From positions 216,697,741 to 216,761,740 of the forward strand of contig CM041465.1 in assembly GCA_023213395.1 (NCBI GenBank): 64,000 nt of DNA, read 5' to 3'. This document shows positions 12,983 through 29,319 of this stretch, piece by piece; positions within the stretch are counted from its first letter, which is position 1, and every line of letters starts with the position of its first letter. Under the pieces are notes generated by a model that saw only the letters and a program-made list of their open reading frames with translations, did not search any database and was not told where the DNA came from. Origin of the DNA: Cycas panzhihuaensis (lineage: Eukaryota; Plantae; Cycadophyta). A program made the position numbers and the translations under genes.

Positions 12983-13389
12983 TGGCTAGGGACAGTCTGG
13001 GAGGCATACAAACTAGACCAAATGAACCATCAAGGGCTAAAGTTCCCAAAAATGTCGTGATAGGGATACAGGGTCAAGGTATGAGCGGATCATATAAGTC
13101 AAATGAGGCTTAAGGCGATGTGGAGGTAGTACGGAGGGTCGTAGAGTGCCATGGGGATGCCTACCTTGCAGAAAGGTAGGTCTCGTGGATCGTCATAGGC
13201 TCACAATATGATAAGTAGCATGATCAAGCAGCAGATGCAAGGTGATCATAGAAATGAAGTAAGCAGTCATACAATGAGGTAATACTTCTGTCAACCTTTC
13301 TGAAGAAACAATAAAAGTGAAAAGGAAGAAGCATACCTGTGCTTACTTGAGTTGACCTGTCTGTATCCATTCCTGGTAGCTGGGAAACA
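12983..13389. repeat. 407-bp direct repeat, copy 2
   Basis: Aligns to 7912-8318. Confidence 0.9.
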
Positions 13390-13393
13390 GAGA

Positions 13394-16456
<3,063 letters not shown>

Positions 16457-16459
16457 TTG

Positions 16460-18170
16460 GGATGAAAAAAGAGGTGCATACTAAAGCTTATTCAGATGCC
16501 CCAATATACTTTAGATAAGGCCCTACTATTAGACATCATATCATATTGGGATTGGTAAAGACACTCTTTTCATCTCCCACTAGTGGGGGAGGTCACAATC
16601 ACTCCTACTCATGTTTGGAGGATTTTGGGGTTGCCAGTTAGCAATGCACTAGTGGTGTTGGGGACCCTACCTATTATGAATATAGCTCATCACGAGATGG
16701 CAAGATATTTCACTAGTATAGGTTGTTGGGACTAGAGGGGCATCTCGTTGAGAATCATTGTGATGTCCAATATTCCTTATGTGAGAAAATTGATCATACT
16801 CACCATTTTATTTTGGATTTCTTATAAACAGAATTACAGAGAGGTTTCAGGCAACTAGATGATTATTAACAAGAGGTCTGAGGAGGGAGAGCACTTTAAT
16901 TAGGTTGCTTTGATAGTAGCCAACCTTACAGTGTAAAGGGGGATTATCATTTTGTTCCCTACTTTAGTGCTAGTTTTCTGACCACTTTAGAGGAGTGGCA
17001 CCAACAGTAGGACCTCAACCCATAACAGCTACTACTCCACTAATCTGTAGGTGGCAGATGTGTTTCTAGAGTGCAAGGGATCTAGTCCATGTTAAGTGAT
17101 CAGTATCTTCTACCTCTCTCAATCTCCTCATAATAGAGGAGTATGTGAGAGATCTATACTATGTCATGCATTGGGTAAGCAATGTGGAGGAGGGAGAGGT
17201 AGGAGGGGCCCCAAGGGAGGAGCAAGGAGACGAGGAGGAAGATGAAGATGTTGTTGATGACTCAAAGGATGATGCAGCACTAGTAGTTGTTGTAGATATG
17301 ATATTAGTCGTAGGAGGAGTAGGGATCCTTAGGGCAGAGGAGATCGAGGGAGGCAATACACCAGCTACTCTAGGGGAACCAAGAGTAGGGGAGGCAACAG
17401 TTATAATTAGGGATAAGACAGTTGGAGAGGCGTTAGCCATATTAGGATGTGAGATTCCCCTATTTTCCTAGCTTTAACTTCTGATTTAGTCATTTCATTA
17501 ACATTGCTTACTTATAGAATTTATTTGATATGCTTTATATATTTAGATGCTGATAGATTTTGCATACACCCTACATTGATGCCTTGATGTATGTGGTTGG
17601 TAAGTAGAGAGGATATGGGGGAGCTAGTCAGGTAGGTGGTAGTAGAGCTCTTCCCATGCATATACAAGGAGGGACAACCTCTTATCATAGTTGGCAAGGA
17701 TTCAGGATCAGTAGGGTATTATACAGCAGCATTCACTCCTCTCATACGGGTGCGAGACATGTGGGTTACAAAGGCCCAAGAGTGCCAGGCGAGCAAGGAC
17801 CAACTCCAGGGAGTGAGAGACCAGCTATGAGCTTGAGTGCAGGCGTTGAAGGCCTAGATGGGAGGAACAAGAGATGTTGGAGATAACTTGAGGAGAGGCT
17901 TCATGGGGTAGAGAGTCAGTTAGCATCCACTCTTGCAGAGAGAGACCAGGTGCTAAGGGAAAGAGATCAACTACAAGAGTGATACAATCGACTAATTAAC
18001 CATATGGTCTCTCAATCCTCATGTAGAAGGACTCATATAGTGACACTAACCTAGCAGAGAGAAAGGGATGAGGAGACTAAGGCCAGGACTTCACAAAGGA
18101 GGAGGAGGAGCCTAGGAGGAATATGGTCTCCAGACAAGGGATTTAGTGGACTAGGAGGAGATATGCCATA
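16460..18170 (+). pseudogene. PMD accessory gene, copy 2 (diverged paralog, 5' truncated)
   Basis: DKALLLDIISYWDW*RHSFHLPLVGEVTITPTHVWRILGLPV, FN*VALIVANL, L*C*FSDHF; AT-rich intron-like stretch from GTGAG at 17449; C-terminal RRRRSLGGIWS matches copy 1 RLRRSLGGMWS. Confidence 0.8.
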
Positions 18171-18259
18171 AGGACACCATGTCTTCATGGGGCTATAACA
18201 TCACAAATTTTGTTGAGAGAAAAACTTCAAACCTTTAGGGGGTTCCATATCACATGTAT

Positions 18260-18785
18260 ATAAATGGGGTGCCTCACATTGTTGCAATGACCTAAGAGGC
18301 TTCTTAAGACCCATCTAGATCTCAATGGCCTCAAGTGCCAAGCATTTCGCTATTGTAAAATCATATGTTATTGACCCCATCTTAAGGATTTCGACATGGA
18401 CATCAGGTCAAAGGGCATTCACAAAGATATCCCTCTTCAGCTCTTCAAGTAATGTAGCCTTCGTAGAGTGGAGAAGGTCATGGAAATGCCTAATAAAGTT
18501 GTGATTCATTTTGTCATGACACTATTTAAGGGAGAGTAGGGCTTTGACCCCACTCTTAAAGGGACGAGTTATGTCAAAATAATTGATGAACTCATCCATG
18601 AGTTGTTGAAAGGTATGAATGGAATGAGAAATGAGATAATAGAACCACTTAAGGGTATCTCCTTGTAAGAATCTAGGGAATAGTTTCATAAGGATGTGAT
18701 CATAGGCCCAATAGTCTATAGTGTATGCATGCCATGGAAAAACCCCTAGCATACTCAATTGGATCCTACCATGAGGTACCATCAA
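18260..18785 (-). pseudogene. Tat/Ogre-type retrotransposon gag remnant
   Basis: KLFPRFLQGDTLKWFYYLISHSIHTFQQLMDEFINYF..LLSLK (Retrotrans_gag pattern). Confidence 0.85.
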
Positions 18786-19003
18786 ATTTAGGCAGCTCAG
18801 GAGGGTAAGGCAACAGGTTGGTCCTAAGAACCTTGATCGAGAGTGGGGTTGACCTATAGTCGATGAAGGGATAAATCCTTGTTTGAGCTAAAGGGTCACC
18901 TGAAGGCAAGGGAGGAGGTAGATACAAATATCCAACTCCTCCTTGAGGAGTTTAGGTGTATAAGGAATAAGGATTCCCACATGTTTAATGAGAGGGAAAT
19001 ACC

Positions 19004-19085
19004 TGAAGGAAATAATATTTGCAGGACTATGCTCTAATACCAAATGAAGCAAATAATGTTTGCAGGACTATGCTCTAATACCAAA
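19004..19085 (-). repeat. Tandem 41-bp duplication, each unit containing a tRNA-iMet PBS
   Basis: TGAAG[G/C]AAATAAT[A/G]TTTGCAGGACTATGCTCTAATACCAAA x2; GCTCTAATACCA = reverse complement of TGGTATTAGAGC. Confidence 0.92.
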
Positions 19086-19491
19086 TGAAGGAATATATAA
19101 TAGTAGGAGAATAGGGAAGAACATATATCAAATAACCATAAACCAATATTGCATCAATACATCAATGTATCACAATCACAATAGCATAAACACATGAAAG
19201 CCTTGTTGTTCAATCCATTGTAGTAAAAATGAGCATTATAAATCTCTCAAAGGTAGGCAGTGTCTAAAGACACCAGGATTATACACCCCATAATATAAAT
19301 AGTTTGGGGGAGGAGGGAAACTCCTCAACCCTTGAATTCAAAATAATAATAAAATAATATTCACTTAACTCAAATGAAACTAACTCAACTTACCTTAACT
19401 TACCTTGACATGTTGAGCATCACATGTCTAAATTGAGGTGCACAATCCTGGTAGGTAAGAGAAAGTTGAGTGATGACATTACACTCCAATA
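19086..19491 (-). repeat. Inverted 5' LTR (406 bp)
   Basis: Reverse complement of 21395-21800 over its whole length. Confidence 0.95.
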
Positions 19492-21394
19492 TTTCGACCA
19501 TTTGGTGCCAATTTGACCCTGTTTCGACCATTTTAACATTAGACTTTCAAAATTTCAGCATTTTTCACACTTTTAACAAAATCATTTTTATAACTGGCTA
19601 TAATTTATTACTGGTAAATGGTTTTTGCCTAAAATTCCTCTATAATGATCTACGTTCTATAGGCCTCAATACCCACTTCTTACTTTATTTTTTTGAATTC
19701 ATTTCCATTAATTTTTTAATCGTTGAAATTACAAATTTTGTTGTTTTTAGTCCGTTCCCTAACATTCTACATAAAGACACCTATTACCTTTTTCACTATA
19801 ACTTTTTCGTTTTATATCAGATTTTAGTTCCTTCAGCTTCATTGGGAAGATGACTCATTTCTCTTCATTTTGGTATATTTTTTAATATATTTTGACATTA
19901 TCTTCCTAAATTTCAAATCAGTCAAAGTTGAGGTACCTTATTGCCTCAAATCTGCTATTTTTACATATTTTTTAATATATTTTTCAAAATTTTTCAACTA
20001 AAAGAACATTGAACATTTCATAAACAATATTTAATCCTTTTTTCAATTTTTTCTAAAAGTTAATTGGTAATTTTATATAATTTTGACTTCCCTGCTCCTG
20101 TTAGGCCCCACAAGGAGGTCCATACCTTTGCATCATTCAAATTGTGATTTATTGGTACCCGTTTTTAAAATTGTCACTTTCATTGGATTCACACCTTATT
20201 AATCTACATATTGGTAGAATTTTAAGTTATTCTGACATTATTTAGTATAGTTTTCAAGCTGATAAAGTTGAGTATACAAGTACATCCTAATAAGCTTGCC
20301 TTTTTTCAAAATTTTTAAGAAAATTCTAGTTTATATCTCATTGTTTAACTCAAGGTTTCTACTTGATCTTTCTACAAGTATTTTAAGTTGTTTCGAACCA
20401 GCATTTGTTCATAAGGTAATATATATTTTTCTCAAAGAAAAGTTATTTTTATAGAAAAAGGGAAAGTTTTTTCTTACATTGAAGATTTATATTTACTCAT
20501 TTAAGAAATTGGTATTTTTAAAAACTCTTTATATTTCATTCACAAAAGTTTATTTTAGTTTTGCATAAGTGAAAAAGATTTTTTAAGTTTGCTTTCAAAT
20601 GCATCATTATTTTCTTATTGATTACATTGCTTTCAAAATGGCACAATTTCCCATTTTCAATGGCCATAACCTTTCACTATGGTATGACACCATGCAAACT
20701 TACTTTATTGAATATGATCTTTTAAAGTATTTATAACATGAATGTGACCTTAGCATTAAAGAAAATTTTAGAAAGGATAATGAAGTTTTAGGTTTATTAT
20801 TTTGCACTATGACTAATGATGTTTTTTCACTGGTTTCTGAACTAACAATATCTAAGTCTATTTGGGATTTATTGATTTCCATTTATGGGGGAGATACCCC
20901 CAATGTATTTGATGAAATTTTTGATGAGCATGTGAGACAGGTAACAGAACAAATAGATCATGACAACAACAACCATGAGGATTCAGATCAAATGCAGGAC
21001 CACCTTGTTGCACAAGGATTTGATCCTCCATTTGAGGGGGGGCATGAAGATGAATCTTATGACATAACGAATAATGAATCTGATGATATGACAAATAATG
21101 AACCTGATGATATGACATCTGTTCAAAGTATAAAGATTACAAAAGTTCAAGTTCAAAGCCTTCTTAATGTTCTAATTGACAAAGTCAAAATTACAACTAT
21201 TCATCTACATTTACATCAAGTTTCATCTACTTATAGTTTTCCTACATCATTCTATGATAAAGAGACATATGTGGCTATAAGAGTGAGAAGAGTTGATAAA
21301 GATCAAGATCAGAATTTTAAAGTTTTTTTGAAGTACCAGTTCCATAAGTTCAAGGAAAAGATACAAGTGTTCGTGCTGACATTAAGGGGGAGAA

Positions 21395-21800
21395 TGTTGG
21401 AGTGTAATGTCATCACTCAACTCCCTCTTACCTACCAGGATTGTGCACCTCAATTTAGACATGTGATGCACAACATGTCAAGGTAAGTTAAGGTAAGTTG
21501 AGTTAGTTTCATTTGAGTTAAGTGAATATTATTTTATTATTATTTTGAATTCAGGGGTTGAGGAGTTTCCCTCCTCCCCTAAACTATTTATATTATGGGG
21601 TGTACAACCCTGGTGTCTTTAGACACCGCCTACCTTTGAGAGATTTGTAATGCTCATTTTTACTATAATGGATTGAACAACAAGGCTTTCATGTATTTAT
21701 GTTATTGTGATTATGATACATTGATACATTGATGCAATATTGGTTTATGGTTATTTGATATATGTTCTGCCCTGTTCTCCTACTAGTATATATTCCTTCA
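21395..21800 (+). repeat. 3' LTR (406 bp), TG...CA
   Basis: TGTTGGAG...TTCCTTCA, preceded by the PPT. Confidence 0.95.
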
Positions 21801-23037
21801 ATACCCCCATTTGTGGGTAGGCCAAATAGGAGGAAGGTGGGTGGGAAGACCTCACCCTACCTTGAGGGTATGCTCTATGTTGAGGTGGCAAATGAGAATA
21901 AGGGTCATGAGGGGGAACGGATCCCCGTCAGGAAGGTGTCATATATAGCGTTGTACACGAGGATGATGATGGAGGATGAAGCATGGGCTTTTGCTCGTAT
22001 GGGTCACCCATGGGAGGTGCAACTCCATAAGGATGGAGTGAATCACCCCATTGACTAGTAGAGGGTTTGTCCCCCCATGCCCCAACAATTAAGATGTATA
22101 CCCTATGGGTATGTAGAGGGAAGAATCCACAGGTTGAAGATAAAGGCATACTAAGACTGGTCCCATGTGGCTTAGAGGATGGAGATGCAAGGGTATCCTT
22201 GATTGCACCAAAGGGGTATGGGTTACAGTAGGTTGTGGCATGGTTGTTTGGTTTGGGAGGGACATGCTTAACCCGATCTAGGATATAGGTATGCATTGGT
22301 ATACTCCTTAGTTGTGAGAGGTATGCAAAAATGAAGGGGTGATAAGAATGGGTCCTATCATTGACACAAGTGAGGGTTCAGAAGAGATAGGAGACGCAGA
22401 TATGGAAGAGGGCAGAACAATACTCCAGAAAATGTTGTCTAACCACTTGGGAGGTGGTTGAGCACTTATAGCCCCAAAGCATTATCATAATGCCTTAACC
22501 ACATCTGCAGGAGGGGTTCCATCCTTCTTGTACGAGGTAGATGGCTCCTTATGCAGGGTGGGACCCACGGATCGATCCTCTTGAGAACCTTCATCGGGGT
22601 GAAATTACTCCATGGAGGAGGATCCATCTACGTTGTGCATAGGGAATGAATGAATTTTTGGATGTCCTTGGTCAACTAGGTAGAAGATAGGATCCTCGCC
22701 TTCTTGGGTGGGATTTTGAAGGGGATAAATGGTTTGGTTTTGAGACTCAGAAACATAGGCATGGTATGCCCACTCTGACAGATATCCCTTCATTTTCAAT
22801 TCAGAATCAGATAAGGGGATAGAAGAATAAAGGGGCTCCTCTGTTACAGGGGATAGGCCACACAAGCGAGGGGAAAAACATTTCATCCATGTCTTACCCA
22901 AGTAATATAAGAGAGGCAAGATAACTTGGGAGACAGTAGGCTAGGGTTACCTAGCAACAAAAAGGTATAAAGAAAAGAAGGAAAGGGCTAATGCTAAGAA
23001 AGACCAAAGGAGTGCTACAGCGTTCCTTACTGGCAAG

Positions 23038-23055
23038 TCCCCAGTATAGTCACCA
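23038..23055 (-). other. Primer binding site, tRNA-Arg type (Tat/Ogre)
   Basis: Reverse complement TGGTGACTATACTGGGGA, close to the Ogre-type TGGCGACTCCACTGGGGA, 1 nt from the LTR boundary at 23057. Confidence 0.75.
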
Positions 23056-23056
23056 A

Positions 23057-24716
23057 TGAAAGCACGCCTATAGGGGGTCATTAAGATCTTGATACTCTTA
23101 TAAATCATAGAGATTAATAAGCGAAGAGGTTAGGAGTGGGAGGTGATGAAGCTATCTTCAAAGGGCATTTGCACATTGGAACGCAGGTTGGAGGACCTGT
23201 AATTATATGTTACACTTTCTCTTTCCTTCAAGTAACTTTCTCGATGTGAACAGGGGGAAGAAGGCATCCTCAGGTTACTAAGTAGCCTAAACAAGGCTCG
23301 CTTATCCTCAGAGGGAAGGAAGAGATGCTAAATCTCATTTCAGAAAAGGAAATAAGTGAAGGAGAGGAGTCCCTTCGAAAAGGGAGTTAGGATGACAACA
23401 AGGCAAGGGGTGATGGCTTTAGATGGTCTATTTGGAGCCTAAGGGTTTATCCTTAGGGCTTAGGGTTCTAGGTGTCAAAAGAAAAAGAGGAGGATGTTGT
23501 TGCAACCCACTCTTTTTAGCTAAGCAAGTATAAACATTTTATTTATCTATATTTATACAAGTAACTAATGCCTTCCTACCCTTGGCGAGAAAAGGAGAGG
23601 TGAGAGGCTTCCCTTTAGAAAGGGGAGTGAGAGAGGAAAGGAGAGGAGCTCCTTCCAAAAAAGGCAATGAAAAATAACATGAGGAGATGAAGGAATGATT
23701 AGTTTAGTATGGTTTATTTACTGACCTAGAGGGTTACCTCTAGAGGTTGGGGTTTTAGTGTCAAAATTGCAAAATAGAGAAAATGTTGCAACCATCCAAT
23801 TGCAACTAGGTTGTAAGTTCTTCTTGAGTTCCAAGAAGAACAAAAGTGTTTCTTAAGCTTATGGTTTTTGTTTTGTTGAGATGAGGTCTAGTCCTATATA
23901 AAAATAATCATTGTAAAATTTACAAAATCAAGGCAAACATATAAATAAGCATGTAACTTTTCTCACTCACTCTTCCTCACTCTCTTTCTTTTTCATTTAT
24001 AAGTTAGGGTTGGGATGTGATAAAGAGATTGTGGGAGAATGTTGCTTCCATCTAACTAAATTTCTATTCTTTTATTTAAGTGTAATGAATGAGAACAAAA
24101 ATGTAATTTACGTTTCTTATTTATACATGAAGGCAAACCTGCAATGTTTTATGAGTTTTCTTTCATATGCAACATACGAAGTTTTGATAGAGAACATGCA
24201 AGTCTTTTCCTTTTATATAAAAGGAAGAAGGAATATAGTTTGCCTATGCTACATTCTTTCCTATATGTGATGCACGTGTGCAAAAAGAAGAAACCAATGT
24301 GTTTTACGTTTGCAAAATTCTTTTAGGGGAGGAAGAGAGAAAAAGGGGAGAAGGAGAAGGGCTTAGAAGGAGTGAATCCAGCCTTGTGATGGTTGATGAT
24401 GTAGCACAATCCTCCTTTATGTGCCTCCCTTGCCGATGCCTTCGCTCCCTTACTGTAAATGTGGTTGGACTTGGAGAGGGGGGCTCCTTTACCTTCCCTG
24501 AAACTCCAACTAAGGCTTTCTTACCTTCCCCAACCATGCAATAATGAAAGAAAGAAATGAAATAAAGAAGATATGAATTTGAAATAAGAAAGTGTTACCT
24601 TTTTGTAGTATGTCACCTTGCTTATAAAGGAAGGTCCTCCATCTATACCACAAGGAAAATAAACCTTCTACAAGTAAAAATATATACATACGGATACATA
24701 TCTATCTATCTATCTA

Positions 24717-24749
<33 letters not shown>

Positions 24750-26154
24750 ATGATACAACATTAGCATGTTTGCTTATATGACAAAGAGACACAAATAAAA
24801 TGCCATTTTTTGCTAGTTATTTCACATGTAACAATCAAGACAAATATGGAAGGGAAGAGATGGGGGTGTTGCCTCAGGATGGCAAGCTCCTCTATATGGT
24901 AGTATATCCCAAATGGTGATGGATAACTCACGTTTGGGCAGTGGTTTGGGCTAATATTTTAAGGTAGGAACGAGATACGAAGTCTCAAGGATAGGGTAGT
25001 AGGTTTCCCAATCAAAATGTCACACTAGTGATGGTAGTGTATGGTAGATTGCTTTGTAGCTTCGAGGAGGGGATTACCCTAGCAAAAAGAGGCCCCTAGA
25101 GTTGAAACTCGGGCCTAGTATCCCTCCTATGAGCTCCTTTATCCAGTCAAAGGTCTCCACGTACCTACCCTAATGGTTTTTTGTGGTGAAACATAGGTTT
25201 GATTATAGGAAGGAGGTATTTCCTTGAAGGTTTACTTAAGTAGATCTTACAAAATGTAAATATTTTTGCTCTTGAATTAAGAAATATACCAAAGATGTAA
25301 AAAATGGTGGAGAAGTAAAGTGGAATAATGTTGTTTGCTAATGGAAATAATCTAGGGTTAGGCTTACCCACTTAACAAAAGAAGGTGATGGTGAGAATTT
25401 AGGGTTGTTGTTGTTGGAGCAAGCTTTTAAGGGTGAAATCCTTTATTCTAGATGAAAAGCAGCATCTCCTTGGCTGTAGTGATAGCTTGGGGAGGTCCTC
25501 CTACTCCTAGAGTGTTAATTTCTCCTCTATCAGCTTGCCCAAGTGTTAACTTTTACATGCCCTATACTAGAATGATGAAAAAAATTATATTTAAGTATGT
25601 TCCTTTGAGAAGAAGAGAGTTAGAGAGATGTTGAATGAATCTAAAAATGGTATTAAAAAATCTATTTTATTACTCCTAAGGCCTCTCGGGACCATTAGGC
25701 CTCGATCTAGGTAGGTCTGAAGGGTAGTTTCTGCATCAGAAGGCCAATTAATGCCAAAAACTAACGATTTTTTTACCACAGGTAATAGTATAATAGTCAC
25801 CCCATGAATATATTAGCGATACTTCTAATATATTTGTGGTATCGCAAATATATTAGTGGGGTGCAACTATTAAGATGGGGTAGATAAAAAATACAATAGG
25901 GTTATAGCAAATGTTTGAAAATAACAAAAAATAATAAAAAGGACATTATAAATTTTGATAAAGTGGAGGAAAAAGAGAGGTAATAGCTAGTAGGGCCTAT
26001 AATTCCTTTTTGGATGGTGAAACCATCGAATCAAGATCAGCGGGAGGTTTGTCAAGCAATGGAAACATCCATGAAACAAAGTGGAATGGGCTAAAATTCT
26101 AAAGGAATGATGTCAAATGGAAAAAACCAGTAAAAACAAATGAATGAACCTCAT
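23057..26154 (-). repeat. 5' LTR of the Tat-like element (segments A+B contiguous, at least 3.1 kb; may extend further right)
   Basis: Adjacent to the PBS; matches 5132-5513 and then 13394-16456. Confidence 0.75.
24699..24747. repeat. Short (TATC)n(TA)n microsatellite, counterpart of 14644-15062
   Basis: Same flanks in both copies (AAAATAT... and ...ATCAATGATACAA). Confidence 0.95.
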
Positions 26155-29100
26155 AAAGGATAAGAAAGGAGGCTCATCCTCCTATGGAGAACCTCAACAA
26201 CTCTCCTCGGTGGACCAAGAGATAAATGAGGCACAATGGAAGGAAAAGACGTGGTCGAAAGGTATGAAACAAGTTGAAGATCCTATAAATTAGGCTATGG
26301 AAGCCTATGAGTACCCATAACCAAGAGAGAGATCATCGTGGGAGCTATATATCACCATTAGACCGGAGTCCTAGTTGTCATAGGCAAAGATTGCACACAC
26401 AAGCAAGGGATCAAGCAGGCAACTTAGGCAGCCAGACAATTATGCAATCATTACCTTTCTCGATAATCAAAGAAAATGCGACAAAGTAAAACAGAAAGAA
26501 AATATACCTAATCTTACCTGTATGGTGTCATCCCAATATATTTCTCAAAGCTGAGAAACAGCATCCATGTGGATTGAGGCATATAGTAGATGGTCTTCTT
26601 CGATCATAAGATTAAAAGTGAAATAGGATTCTAATTTACTAATTCAGTTGTGAGTGCACTCTTTATTCAACCCAGGATCAAAAGTTAGAATAATGATTTT
26701 GTGGTGGAGCAACACTTGCCCGTATGGATGGCCTCCCTAGTATGCATTGCTTCTTTGTGGAGGGTGAGGAGGAGGAGAGTTGGCTATCATATTTGAAGTT
26801 ACTATGTTGTTGGAATTAGACTGCTTATTTAAGTAGCCATTGTTGAGAGATCAACCTTTGAAGAAAAGTTGGCCAAATCTGCCTTGGAAGGGAGATTTGC
26901 TAACTCAGCCTTCATCTCTTATCAGAAAGGTTCAAGCTCAATTTTTAATGAAGAGGTCCTTTCTCCTTGTGATCATGCCATCAAGAATATAGAATGGGCT
27001 TTAAAATACAGGAATTAACAGGAAGAAGAGGAAATGCATGAAATGGGGAGTAGCAAGAAAGAACAGGCTTTTAAGAAATTAGGAAAAATATGATACATAA
27101 GGGATAAAAAGAGAAATGAAAGGGGCTTGGGGTGTCTATAGCCTATTAACCCCATAATTTAGGGAACAAAATCACCTAGTGTACTTGTACAGGCATGAAG
27201 AGCTCATCGAAATAGGATAGATGATATTTAAGGGTGAAATTTGGCAGTGGGGCCTACTAACAACCTAGGTGCCATTATACTAAAAATTGAACTATAAAAA
27301 TCGGCCTAGTGCAAATTGATCAGTGTGATACGCTAATCGAAATAGGATGTAGGAATTTTAACTGTAATTTTTTTGGCCATTGACCTCTTTTTTTTTTCCT
27401 TTCTTTTTTCACAATAAGTTTAACAATTTAGGTCATTTCTAATTCTATTAAGTATTGATAAAGTTATGGCCTTCTTCTTAAAGGTTTATAGTTTTTGTGA
27501 TAGATGTACAAGTAACTTAGCAAACTCGATTTCTCTATATGAGTGGGACTTTAGATTAGAGGAGATCTACCAAACTCTAATGCTATGAGTGCTTAGCTCT
27601 GTAGGCCCTATAATAAACCTCTTTGTCATTATTGTAGCTCAGCCCAATATCCCAAGGCACTACCTATGGATGAAATACCGTCTATGTAAGGTCTATAGTC
27701 ATGTAGAGGTATTTGTGTAGAGTAACTTTTGGGTGCTAACCACTAACCTGTGCACCATAGAGGATAAACAACCAAAGGTTTGGCTATTCTATGATGGGTA
27801 GGGGAGCCTATCTAGGTCCTCCTATATACTTGAGGGTACATGGAGGCTTGATTCCACAGTTGAGTTCTATTTGAGGCTTGGTTTAATAGACTTAACTAAA
27901 TTCCTTCACGCAAGGGTGAAAAATCCATTGTACGCTTAACTAAGAATGATAGATCCTCATGATATTTATAGACCTTCGGTACTGGGTCTCTACTTATCGA
28001 AGTTGAGTAGTTACCAAGTAGAGTTATCTACCCAAGAAGATGGAGGGAGGGAAGAGAAAAGGGTAGCTGTCAAGTAGTGTAATCTACCCTTGAATAGTGA
28101 TTAAAATAACTAAAAGTTGAAACTAAAAAAGAGTACCAAAGGAGTACCTAAGTACTTTCTCTTAAGAGAATGAAGTAATAATGAATGCATTACAAGTAAT
28201 CTCTTTACCCTTAAATAGATAAAAGAGAGTCTTTCTTCAGCAATCTTATTGGTAACCCTAATGGCCTTACATATCATTAGCAGGCATATTGGCCTTACAT
28301 ATTATTGGAGGGCTTAATAGTCTATGCACAATAGTTAACATCAACACTTAACCCTTGATGGTTTCTCCATACTAGTGCCTCTTCCACTTAAGAAGATAGG
28401 ATTATGTTATACTCCACCTTCATTTCCACTTTGAAAGTCATGGTCATAATAAGAATATTTTCTAGTATCCTACTTATAATTGGATTGGTAGAAATGGTAC
28501 TAATTAATGACTTACCATACCTTACTAAGGCACTTGTATTGAGTTACAATGATAAAGGGATAGCATTATATAGTTATAAGTTTTACAACATTTAAAATAA
28601 TAGAGATACTTATGCCCTTACTTCTTCCCAAAATTCACCAATTCCATTTCTTATGATCTCTACTTTCTCCTCAAGCGTGCTACTTAGAATTGGAGTTGTA
28701 AATAGGAAAATTTCTTCTTTTGAAGCCAAGTACAACCGCATTGCTTCACTTGTTATCCTTTGAAAGCTTTTGCCTAAGAATGGTGAGCTTAATTGCTCTT
28801 GCCCTTTCTTGGTATATCTAGATCATGTGTACACCATTTAATGAAGTTTAGATTTTAACATGCTTTGATACCCAAATTTTCCCTAAAGTGGAAAATAGTT
28901 TAGTGTTCAGAAACAAAAGTTATAAGTATAGTTTTTTATATGTTTATGTTTATTGAAAAGTCAACATATCTATAAGTGAAATAAGACTAATGGAAATTAA
29001 AACTATATGATTAACAATATGTTCTTTTATAGTTATGAGTTAGTATACAAGCCCATATCTTAATTACAAACTACTAAATGAGAGTAGGAAATAAGAATAA

Positions 29101-29319
29101 TGTTGAGGAATTAAGAAGAGCTTCTAGAGCCAAAGAGCCTCTTTTTTATCTTCCCCCCAACTACTTTTGCAATTACTTCTTGAAGTTGCCACTGCTATAT
29201 TATTTACTAATTACTACAAGTGTTGATTCTATGTCAGAATTTCACTTAAGATCAAGTTCTATAGTGGTAAGTTGTATCTCTAGTTATGACTAATTAGAAA
29301 TAACTTGCAAATGGTCATG

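Larger units (their letters stand above)
19004..21800 (+). mobile_element. Non-autonomous copia-derived element with inverted LTRs and 5-bp TSD ATACC
   Basis: ATACC at 18999-19003 and 21801-21805; ends TGAAGGAA...TTCCTTCA; 406-bp LTR on minus (19086-19491) and plus (21395-21800); PPT TAAGGGGGAGAA at 21383-21394; internal copia gag-like MAQFPIFNGHNLSLWYDTM from 20638 and SKSIWDLL. Confidence 0.9.

Noticed and set aside
19086-21800. MULE/foldback DNA transposon or DIRS element (long inverted repeats)
   Set aside because: The arms have PBS, PPT and TG..CA ends and the TSD is 5 bp, all LTR-element features; no transposase or tyrosine recombinase
26155-28900. Further TE fragments, candidate LTR end at 27262 and PBS-like site at about 28862
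   Set aside because: No TSD match (CCATC expected) and too decayed to delimit
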